Part shown: positions 25,600-37,930 of the stretch, in pieces
Position numbering within the stretch: position 1 is the stretch's first letter
How the letters are laid out: every line of letters starts with the position of its first letter
Notes under the pieces: generated by a model
The model's database searches: none
Seen by the model: the letters and a program-made list of their open reading frames with translations, nothing else
Told to the model about the DNA's origin: nothing
Source of the DNA: Eledone cirrhosa
Lineage: Eukaryota
Assembly (NCBI GenBank): GCA_964016885.1
Contig: OZ024740.1
Coordinates: 16,988,001 to 17,052,000 of the forward strand
Direction: 5' to 3'
DNA length: 64,000 bases
Translations under genes and position numbers: made by a program

Positions 25600-28500
25600 A
25601 ATAATAATGATTTCATTTATTAGCCACAAGGGCCGACATGTAGGGGACAATACAAAGACAGGGACAGTGGGAGTTTGCAATAAGGTCGAGTAAAAGTGCA
25701 CAATGGCAAGACTAATTTAACAATGAAGATATAAAAATATAAAATAAACTATGCATAAATATAACAAATTAAATTCCCCTATATGGGGTGGACGACCCAG
25801 GGGTGGCTCAGGTACCCCACCAATCCTGAACTACCCTGCGCTTCTAGGGCACCCAGGGAGAGCACCCCTCTCCTCAAGTTAGCTAGCCTATAGGCGCATG
25901 GTCAGAGTAGGCCCATTCACACGGGGGGCTATTCTCGCCACATTCATCCACCTTTTAGCAAATGTATGGGGGAGGGAAGCACTTCTCTCTCCACCCTCAC
26001 CTTCCTTTCCAGGTGAAACTTGAAGAAGTTGATGAGGGATTGGCCGAAGAGAAAAGTGTCTTCAGTCCTTTTAATCTGGTCCACCATATAACCTCTTTCG
26101 CAACGGCCACCAGACAGAGGAAAATTGCCTGCTCTTCCTGACCTAATGAAGGAGGGTCGATCTTCACTATGGACTCGGCCGATAGCCGGATCCCTTCCAC
26201 ACGCGACAGTAGCTGTTCGACATAACTCCACAAGTCAGTAATGCACGGACATTGGACAAGTGCGTGCAGAATGGTTTCGTTGCTCTGTGCGCATCTTGGG
26301 CAGGTCCGTCTGACAGCACTTCCGTGCCTGTAGAGTTTATCCCGAACCGGCAATGCCTCACGGTAGCACTGCCGGGAGAGGGATTTCTGGAAATTGTCCA
26401 TCGTCGTCGGCTCGAAAGTCCTCCGGTACAGACTGGTCAGTTCGACTTCGTCGAGGCCCAAAGCTTCTCCGAGTGCGTCATGGCATTTCCCCACCACTAA
26501 TCCTCTATAGAACTCTAGAGTGGAAGTTCCACTGATCGCATTGCCCGCTTGGTAGAGGGCAGTGAGTGCCTGGCAACATTCCAGGTGCCAATCACCCAGT
26601 CTCGGTTTCTTCTTGACCCAGGACTGCAGCTCAGTCAAAGAAACAAGCTGCGGAAAGGCCCGTCTGATAAACGGCGACCACGCCTGTTCAGTGTTCAGGC
26701 AGAATATCTGGAGATGTCGCAGCCTCAGCGCATGTCTGCGCATCATTAGCCACGGCATGCCCAGCCCACCGCGTAGAGGGTGCTGGTAGCAGATGGACCG
26801 CCTCACCTACGGAACTTGTCCTTTCCACAAGAATTTGAAGAGGAGCCGTTCCAACTTGACGAGGCGCGGACGGGGGCAAGGCAAGACGGTCAGGCGGTAG
26901 TAGATGACGGACGCGATGTACGCATTCTCCACCTCCGCGCGACCTTTCAGTGATAGCTTCCTCCCAGACCATTTTTGGGTGAGACTGGCTACTCTGCTTG
27001 TTACCTCGTCCCAATTCTTTTCCACCTGGAGGTCTGCTCCGAACCAAACCCCGAGCAACTTTACCGGTCCGTCCGTCCAGCGCCCCACGATGCTGTTGGA
27101 TGACATGGGCTTGCCTCTCCAGGTTCCGAGCTGCAAGCCCACCAACTTTTCCGGGTTAAGTTTGGCTCCTGTCAACCTTTCATATTCCTTCAATAAGGTG
27201 CCGACCACCTCGATTTCTGAGGTGTCCGACACCATCACGGTGATGTCGTCCGCATAAGCCGACACCGCCTTTCCACGTCCCGTTTCGAGCGGGATGCCCT
27301 GCAACAGATCCAGCTTCCGTAGTAAAGGCTCGAGAGTCAATACGTACAGAAGGGAAGAGAGAGGGCACCCTTGACGGACCGATCGGGAGAGCCGAAATTT
27401 TTCCTTGAGGTGGTCATTAACCTTGACCACCGAGCATGTGCCGCTGTGCATTGCAGCAATCCAGTTTCTGAAGACAGGGTCGAAGCCAGCCGCTTTGAGG
27501 ACAAACTCCAGATACCGATGGTCGACCCTATCGAATTCTTTCGATTGATCTAAATTGATCAGTGCCCCACCGAACCCAGGTTTACACCCTACCCTCTCTA
27601 TGATGTATCGCATGAGGTGGAGATTGTCGTGTATGGACCTGGCTGGGATTGCACAGGATTGCGCCTTTCCAGCCAAATCCTCGACGACAAGCGCCAATCT
27701 CTTTGCTAACACCTTGTCCAAAATCTTAAACTCTGTGTTGAGCAGAGTTATGGGCCTGAAGTTGTCTAATGTATCCCTCTTGTTCTCGTCTTTCCTTATC
27801 AGCGTCACCACTCCCCTGCTCACAGAACTGGGAATACTCCCATTCTGCTGCCAGTTGCAGTAGAGTGCTTCGAGGAGATTGGAGAACAAGTCTGGCATAT
27901 GTATGTAAAGCTCGTAGGGCAGGCCATCCAAACCGGGTGACTTGCGCCTCATGCAGCCGACAAGAGCATCCTGAATTTCGGCTAAAGTAATCGGCCTTTT
28001 GCAGCGCTCAGCGTCGACCGTCGAGATGCGCGGCAAGCCGTCAAAGTAGGGACTGAAATCCGCTACTCTCTCTGACTCGCCACTCTCCCCGAACAACCGA
28101 GCAAAGTGCTGGCGAAAGGCCTCACACATCCGCTTGGAATCGCTTATCTCGTGTCCGTTTCGGTCCGCCATAGACCGAATTGTAGTTTCATTACCACGCT
28201 GCGCCTCCGCAACTCGGGACCAGCGAACACCTTTGGTTCCCTCGTTTCTCATCGCACGCGCCTTAGCTCTGACAATGCAACCTTCGTGTTTCGTATTGAA
28301 GAAATGGTCTAATGCCATTCTCACCGCTAGCACGTCAGTTGCAATGCCACTACAAATGGCCTCGTCTAACTTATCTACCAGCTCCCCCTCCTTTCTATTT
28401 TTCTCTAACGCTACTTCTTTGCTGAACTCTATCGAAGTTATTCTAATCTCTCTTTTGAGAGGCCCCGACCATCTGTTGTTGATGATCCCCCTGTCAACTT

Positions 28501-30270
28501 TTGCTTAACTAAATTGTTGACTCGGTCCCTGTAAGCCTTACGTGCCGGAAATGACATGTTCAGCTTCCAGTAATCTGGTCCCAACCTACACGTTTTATTT
28601 AGGTCGACTAAACAGATCACAAATTTGTGATTTGAATAGGCGGCCGTTTTAAAAATTGGGCAGCCTACACTATTTCTATCTATTTTCGTAATGAAGATCC
28701 TGTCTATATACGTCCACACTGGCGCATTGGGAAAATCTAGTCGATACCTGTCAGACAGTTGGAACTGGCTGATTAGGCGTTTGAGGCTTTTGCACCTCCC
28801 GCTCCTATCAGCTACTCCCACACAATCCCAGCGTCCGTCTAAGATGCCGTTCCAGTCCCCCGCTAACATTAGAGGGCGAGACGTACCCAGAAAGGTTTCC
28901 AGGCGCCTAAAGAAATCCGGTCGTCCGGCCCCAGTAGCGAAGGTGGTGTCTTTAGACTGCAGTCTAAAGACACCACCTTCGCTACTGCTCACATCCAAGA
29001 CCACCAACTTACCGTCCGGGTCCCGGAAGATCGACCTTACCTCGAGATCCAGACCTTTCCTAAACAGCACTGCTACCCCACCTCCCATTCCCGGCCTGCT
29101 AACAGATGCGAAGATCTGATAGTTGTCGAAAATGGGAGCTAGTGCGCGCGTGTCGGAAATCCTGGTCTCGCTGACAGCAATCACATCCATTTCCAGAGAC
29201 CTGAGGTCGTTGAGCAGGCGGCCCTGCTTCCAGGGTGACCCCAGGCCGCGAACATTTAAACTTCCTACTGTTAATATGGCCATGTTGGCAAGCTAAAAGA
29301 GAGAGGGAAGTTTTACTTACCTCCCGGGGTCTTGTGAAGGTCGGGTGGTTCGACCTCCATGGTTGGTGGGGTTTCTTTGGGAACCCCTTTAAAAGTCTTG
29401 ATGTGGGTTTCACGTTCGGGGTTCCCACATCTTGAGGAAAGCTCTCTCTAATTTCTTTGTAAGAATCGAACGACATTCGCACCAGAAGCAAATCTTCTGT
29501 CACGCAAAATGTGTTCAATTCAAAGATCTCCTCCTCTGTTTGGATGTCCTCGCTTCGTGCTAAGAGGGCCATCAATTTATCGTTGGCCCTTCTGACAAGC
29601 ACAAAGTTTTTAATGTTTTGTTGGTGTGGTTTTATTTGATTTCGTTTTGGTGACTGTGGTGGTGATGGTTTTGGTGGTGTTGTTTCGGGTATGTCTGTGT
29701 TTGTTGTAGGTGTGGTGTCTGCAATTTCAAGTGTCTGTGTGATTATTTGTTCTTGTGTTTGTTTAGGTTGTTTGCGTTTCGGGGATTGTGTGGGTGGTGT
29801 TGATGTTGATGTTGGTGTTGATGTTATTGGGACAGTGTTTGCGTTAGTGGTGTCTGTATTTTTTGTTGTGTATGTTTTTGTGTTTTGTTGGGGTTTTTTG
29901 GGGGGTGAGTTTTCTCTTTGTTTTTTTTGGCACTTTTGGGTTTTTCTTCATCTTCACTGCTGGAAGACAAAGGGTCTGTGGCTGTGAGTGTATCTGTGTC
30001 TGTGTGTGCATTTATTGTTTTGTCTATGTGTATAATTGGAGGGGTAGGCGGAGTGGGAGAGCTTTCCTCGTTTTCCCCTTAGATTGGTTTCGGTGCTGGT
30101 GGTGGTCCGACTGTTTTTGATGTTGGTGTAGTTACCCGTGTCATTGTAGGTGTTGTTTTTTGTGGTGGTGGTGGTGGTGCAGTTTTCCGTGCTGACACTG
30201 GTGTTGGCAACAAAGGAGGTTTGCGACCCCCTGCATTTTGAGCTGAGGGCAGAAGGCTTGCAGATGCGTT
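25600..30270 (-). mobile_element. Tx1-clade LINE, 5'-truncated within ORF1
   Basis: ORF2 29283-25888 lies in a few large pieces (281, 508 and 269 aa). The ORF1 C-terminal part is homologous to 16414-17330. Confidence 0.93.
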
Positions 30271-31254
30271 TACGTGTTTATATTTATATACTCATACATA
30301 TAAATGTATGCATATGCACATACACACACACGCGTACACATACACATATACACATATACACATACACAGACGCGTCAGCGTGTTGAAAGAGATCCTCGAC
30401 TTTTAAAATTGCAGGGAGGTGATAGGAGATTTGGCACATATGTCTAGCATATGAAGCAACCACATATAGGATCGTAAATTGTCTCTAGTTTCTATATTTA
30501 CATTTTTACAAGTACCATACCCCACCTTTCCCTTCCTCGCCAACATTTATGTTAATATATCTGGGAGAGGTGGGGGTTGTGGGGGAAGGGGATGATGGAG
30601 AAGGGGTAGGGATGGTGAAGCGGGGTGGAGAAGGGGTGATGGTTGGGGAGTAGTGGGGTGGAGGGGATGGGATGGTGGTTGTGGGGAAGAGGTGGTGGTG
30701 GAGAGGAGGGATAGTGGGGTGGTAAGGGGTAGGGATAATGGAGAAGGAGTAGTGGTGGTGAAGGGGAAGAGGTGGTGGTGGAGGGGAAGAGGTGGCAGTG
30801 GAAAAGAAAGGTTTATACATTCCATACCCCCCCCCCCCCTTGTGTACCAATTTTACATTTGTTGCTTTACCGGGGAGGGAGGCGGGGAGGGGTGGTCTAT
30901 TTACCCCCCCCCCCCCTCCCACTCCTCCCTCCTTCTCTTTGACCGATTTTCATGTTAGCCTTCCTCACCTCTCTATATCTAAAGGAGGGGGGAGGAGGTA
31001 TATTATATTACTTGTCTTTTCCTTCTTTCTTTCTTTATTTTTTCCTTCTTATTTTCTTTCTTTTTTAATTGTTTTTTTATTTATTTATCGATTGATTGAT
31101 TGGTTTATTTAATTACTTTTTACATTGATGTTGTTGTTGGATGGCATCAATAATTTGTGTCTCCAAAGGCAAAACAGTAATAATAACAACATAATAACAA
31201 CATCAACAATATAACAACAACAACATCAATACCAACAATATCAAGAACAACAAT

Positions 31255-31436
31255 AATTGTTTCTACTATTGGCACAAAGCCAGCAATTAACCAGTGCATT
31301 ACTGGTACTTTATTTTATCGACCCCGTAAGGATGAAAGGCAAAGTTAACCTCGGCGGGATTCGAACTCAGATCATAAAGGGTCGTAAATCTATGCGGCAA
31401 AGCATAGCGTCCGACGCTCTACCGATACTGCCAATC
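31255..31436 (-). mobile_element. Deu/Nin-domain SINE abutting a Tx1 3' UTR fragment (31437-31553)
   Basis: Same SINE consensus. The adjacent segment matches ~25715-25827. Confidence 0.8.
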
Positions 31437-31552
31437 TATAAAACCAATTTAACAAAGAAAAAATATATAAATAAACTATGTATAAATATAACAAAATAAA
31501 TTCCCCAATAGGAGGGGGGGTGTACCACCCAGGGGCGACACCACCAATCCTG

Positions 31553-31756
31553 TTGTGGTGGTGGTGGTGGTGGTGGTGGGGGAGATGGTGGTGGTGGTGG
31601 AGATGGTGGTGATGGTGGAGATGGTGGTGCTGGTGGTGGTGGTGGTGGTGGTGGTGGTGGTGGTGGTGGTGGAGATGGTGGTGGTGGTGGTGGTGGTGGT
31701 GGTAGTGGTGGTGGTGGAGATGATGATGGTGGTGGTGGTGGTGGTGGTGGTGGTGG

Positions 31757-31787
<31 letters not shown>

Positions 31788-33267
31788 GGTGGTAGTGGTG
31801 GTGGTGTTGGTGGTGGTGGTGGTGGTGGAGATGGTGGTGGTAGTGGTGGTGGTGGAGATGGTGGTGGTGGTGGTGGTAGTGGTGGTGGTGGAGATGGTGG
31901 TGGTGGTGGTGGTGGTGGTGGTGGTGGTGGTGGTGGTGGTGGTGGTGGTGGTGGTGGTGGTGGTGGTGGTGGAGATGGTGGTGGTGGAGATGGTGGTGGT
32001 GGTGGTGGTGGTGGTGGTGGTGGTGGTGGTGGTGGTGGTGGTGGTGGAGATGGTGGTGGTGGAGGTGGTGGTGGTGGTGGTGGTGGTGGTGGTGGTGGTG
32101 GAGATGGTGGTGGTGGTGGTGGTGGTGGTGGTGGTGGTGGTGGTGGTAGTGGTGGTGGTAGTGGTGGTGGTGGAGATGGTGGTGGTGGTGGTGGTGGTGG
32201 TGATGGTGGCGGTGGTGGTGGTGGTGGTGGTGGTGGTGGTGGTGGTGATGGTGGTGGTGGTGGTGGTAGTGGTGGTAGCGGTGGTGGTGGTGGTGGAGAT
32301 GGTGGTGGTAGTGGTAGTGGTGGAGATGGTGGTGGTGGTGGTGGTGGTGGTGGTGGTGGTGGTGGTGGAGATGGTGGTGGTGGTGGTGGTGGTAGTGGTG
32401 GTGGTGGAGATGGTGGTGGTGGTGGTGGTGGTGATGGTGGCGGTGGTGGTGGTGGTGGTGGTGGTGGTGGTGGTGGTGATGGTGGTGGTGGTGGTGGTAG
32501 TGGTGGTAGCGGTGGTGGTGGTGGAGATGGTGGTGGTAGTGGTGGTGGTGGAGATGGTGGTGGTGGTGGTGGTGGTGGTGGTGGTGGTGGTGGTGGTGGT
32601 GGTGGTGGTGGTGGTGGTGGTGGTGGTGGAGATGGTGGTGGTGGAGATGGTGGTGGTGGTGGTGGTGGTGGTGGTGGTGGTGGTGGTGGTGGTGGTGGTG
32701 GTGGTGGAGATGGTGGTGGTGGAGGTGGTGGTGGTGGTGGTGGTGGTGGTGGTGGTGGTGGAGATGGTGGTGGTGGTGGTGGTGGTGGTGGTGGTGGTGG
32801 TGGTGGTAGTGGTGGTGGTAGTGGTGGTGGTGGAGATGGTGGTGGTGGTGGTGGTGGTGGTGATGGTGGCGGTGGTGGTGGTGGTGGTGGTGGTGGTGGT
32901 GGTGATGGTGGTGGTGGTGGTGGTAGTGGTGGTAGCGGTGGTGGTGGTGGTGGAGATGGTGGTGGTAGTGGTGGTGGTGGAGAAGGTGGTGGTGGTGGTG
33001 GTGGTGGTGGTGGTGGTGGTGGTGGTGGTGGTGGTGGTGGTGGTGGTGGTGGAGATGGTGATGGTGGAGATGGTGGTGGTGGTGGTGGTGGTGGTGGTGG
33101 CGGTGGTGGTGGTAGTGGTGGTGGTGGAGATGGTGGTGGTGGAGATGGTGGTGGTGGTGGTGGTGGTGGTGGAGATGGTGGTGGTGCTGGTGGTGCTGGT
33201 GGTGGTGGTGGTGGTGGTGGTGGAGATGGTGGTGGTGGTGGTGGTGGTGGTGGTGGTGGTGGTGGTG
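31553..33267 (+). repeat. (GGT)n microsatellite, 1.7 kb, with GAG-ATG interruptions
   Basis: Seen directly. The poly-Thr and poly-Val ORFs are artefacts of this repeat. Confidence 0.97.
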
Positions 33268-33413
33268 ATCAGGATGACAGACAAATAGATATACAGACTG
33301 TTAGACTGTTAAACAGAGGAGAGAGAGCGAGAGAGTGAGAGAGATATAGTTAATGAGAGTATATATGTGTATATATATATCAGTTATGTAAGTATATATA
33401 TGTGCTATGTAAG

Positions 33414-33544
<131 letters not shown>

Positions 33545-33567
33545 TATGTAAGTATATATATATATAT

Positions 33568-33975
33568 ACGACATTAACAAATGGAAACTCTATTTATAAA
33601 ACCATATTTATTTCATTATACATATTTCAAGGACACCAAGTTACATTATGGTGTGCTTTCATCAGATAAAATATAATATAGATCAGTTTTATAAATAAAT
33701 ATTGACATACCCTTAAAGAATGCAACCATTGGTTGCATTCTTTAAGGGTATGTCAATATTTATTTATAAAACTGATCTATATTATATTTTATCTGATGAA
33801 AGTGCATCATAATTTGCTTTGGTGTCCTTGAAATATGTATAATGAAATAAATATGGTTTTATAAATAGAGTTTCCATTTGTTAATATCGTATGTTTACTC
33901 CAAATACTTGTTGAGTGCTTTATATCAGTTATAAAATATTTGCTTGTTGTATCCCAACAATTTAAATAGAACTTT

Positions 33976-33980
<5 letters not shown>
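33568..33980 (+). mobile_element. Fold-back HHR element (palindrome 33568-33891, centre ~33729, unique 3' tail)
   Basis: ~160-bp arms with essentially no spacer, flanked by (TA)n. Confidence 0.85.
33785..33849 (+). ncRNA. Type I hammerhead ribozyme (mirror copy 33609-33673, minus strand)
   Basis: TATTTTAT-CTGATGA-AAG..CTT-GAAA-TATGTA-TA-ATGAAATA, with an 8-bp stem I. Confidence 0.8.
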
Positions 33981-34015
<35 letters not shown>

Positions 34016-34234
34016 TGAATATATATATATATATAAGTTATGTAAGCATATATATACTATACAGTCCAGACAGGTGTTGCTGGTTGAACTCTTCTTTTAC
34101 ACCCTCCATTGATCTCTTCTCTTGTCTCTTATGTTCTCTCTTGTCTCTTCTTTACTCTCCTTTTCTTTCTTTCCATCCTCCTCCACACCCCCCTATCTCT
34201 ATATTCCTCTAGTTATCTCTTACATAGCTGACAG

Positions 34235-34540
34235 TCAAATTTACTGAAAGGTGGGTGAATGAAGCGAAAATGGCCCGAGTGATTGGGCCTTCTCTGTTTA
34301 TAAGCCTGTAGGTTGATGAAGAGAGCAAAGGAAGAAGGAGCACTTGCACAACACGCTCCTAGAGTTGAGGGTTGTTCTATCGACGGGGTATTAAACAACC
34401 CATTTGTGGTGCTCCTATTGGCGATTTCGATTGTTGTAATTGTTTGTTTTATATTTTTACACGACTGTATGCAAAATCCCCGGCATGTCTTTGTATTGTC
34501 CCCTTTTCTTGTGCGCCCTTGTGGCAAATAAAGAAATATA
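34235..34540 (+). mobile_element. Tx1 3' end fragment
   Basis: ERWV..AKMARV.GPSL..L* followed by a 3' UTR ending AATAAAGAAAT. Confidence 0.8.
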
Positions 34541-34739
34541 TCTATCTATCTGTCTATCTATCAAATTGCTTATCTAGATAGCTGGGTTGTTTTTACACAC
34601 ATATATGCATATATGTGTGTGTGTATAGCAAGTTAGCTATATACTATTTCCACACACACACACATACACACATACACACACATACACACACACATATATA
34701 TATGTGTGTATTTCCACATATAGTTATTCATCTTTCTTC

Positions 34740-35392
34740 ATCTCCTTCTCTCTATCTCTCACCCTCCCTCTCTCCCTCTCTCACCCTCCCTCTCTCCTCT
34801 TATCTCTCACCCTCCTTCTCTCCCTCTCTCTATCTCTCACCCTCCCTCTCTCCCTCTCTCTATCTCTCACCCTCCCTCTCTCCTCTTATCTCTCACCCTC
34901 ATTATCTCTCTCTCTATATCTCTCACCCTCCTCTCCCTCTCTCTATCTCTCACCCTCCCTCTCTCCTCTTATCTCTCACCCTCCTCTCTCTCTCTCTCTC
35001 TCTCTATCTCTCACTCTCCCTCTCTCCCTCTCTCTATCACTCACCCTCCCTCTCTCTATCTCTCACCCTCCCTCTCTCTATCTCTCACACTCCCTCTCTC
35101 ACTCTCTCTATCTCTCACCCTCCCTCTCTCACTCTCACTCTCTCACCCTCCCTCTCTCCTTCTCTCTATCTCTCACCCTCCTTCTCTCCCTCTCTCTATC
35201 TCTCACCCTCTCTCTCTCCCTCTCTCTATCTCTCACCCTCCCTCTCTCCTTCTCTTATCTCTCACCCTCCTTCTCTCCCTCTCTCTATCTCTCACGCTCC
35301 CTCTCTCCCTCTCTCTATCTCTCCCTCTCCTTCTCTCCCTCCCTCTCACCCTCCCTCTTTCTCTCACCCTCCCTCTCTCCCTCTCTCTATCT
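34740..35392 (+). repeat. CT-rich minisatellite (~30-bp unit CTCTCTATCTCTCACCCTCCCTCTCTCC)
   Basis: Seen directly. Confidence 0.93.
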
Positions 35393-35459
35393 CAAATCGG
35401 ACCGAGGAAACAATGTTTCCATTGGTCTTTACAATTGCTAATACTATCTATTGGTTGCA

Positions 35460-35925
35460 AATCCAGACAGAAGGAGCAACGTGAAATAAAGTGTCTTGCT
35501 CAAGGACATAATGCATCACCCGATCCCGGAATCGAACTCACAACCTCACGATTGTGAATCCACTCAGCCACGCGCCTCCAATAGCTTGCTATGTTCCTAT
35601 ATATTTACTTACTAATTTATACCTCTACTGTGAAGGTGCGTGGCTCTATGGTTAGAGCATCCGGCTTACCAGCGGTGTGTCCTTAAGCAAGACACTTTAT
35701 ATTTCACGTTGCTCCAGTCCACTCAGCTGGCAAAAATGAGTTGTACCTGTAATTCGAATGGCGAGCCTTTGTCACATCTGTGTCATACACACTGAATCTC
35801 CCTGAGAACAACGTTAAAGGTATATGTGTCTGTTGAATGCTCAGCCACTTGCACGTTAATTTCATGAGCAGGCTGTTCCGTTGATCAACTGGAACACTCA
35901 TCGTGGTAACCGACGGAGTGCCCAA
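35460..35925. mobile_element. Two divergent tRNA-derived SINEs of another family (~35460-35580 minus; ~35630-35925 plus)
   Basis: Heads GG(C/T)GCGTGGCT, B box GAGTTCGATTCC, and GTCCTT(G/A)AGCAAGACACTTTAT. Confidence 0.7.
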
Positions 35926-36046
35926 GACACCTCTACTTTACAGTTTACTTGTCTGTTCTATTGTTGATATGGTTTCTGTGACTGGATGCCCTTCCTAACA
36001 CTATCAACTATACAGAGTGAACTGTGTGCATTTTATCATGGCAACA

Positions 36047-37532
<1,486 letters not shown>

Positions 37533-37762
37533 CAAAAGTTTAACAAGGTTCATTGATTAATCAATGAATAAAGTTTACAATAGATTAGAAGCACTCAACA
37601 AAGAGGTTTTCTGGAGTTATTAATATTACTTCAAAATATTAATAAATATAAAATATATTTGATCACATGAACGTCTATATTTATTATGGTTCAATTCCAG
37701 TGTTCCATTGCCAAGACGGGAAATGAACCATCAGCACAGTTGAGGTATGTCAAACATCAATT

Positions 37763-37828
37763 TATTTTATCTGATGAGGACGTACTGATGAAATAGCTCA
37801 GTACCTCTGAAATATGTATAATAAAATA
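37763..37828 (+). ncRNA. Type I hammerhead ribozyme
   Basis: TATTTTAT-CTGATGA-GGAcGTACTGA(tgaaatagc)TCAGTACcTCT-GAAA-TATGTA-TA-ATAAAATA. Confidence 0.85.
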
Positions 37829-37870
37829 TATTTGATCACATGAACGTCTATATTTATTAATATTTTGAAG

Positions 37871-37919
<49 letters not shown>

Positions 37920-37930
<11 letters not shown>

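Noticed and set aside
31476-33288. 602-aa poly-Thr (mucin-like) and 577-aa poly-Val ORFs
   Set aside because: These are translations of a (GGT)n microsatellite with no signal peptide or other domain.
34615-35484. Ser/Leu/Pro-rich ORFs
   Set aside because: These are translations of a CT-rich minisatellite.
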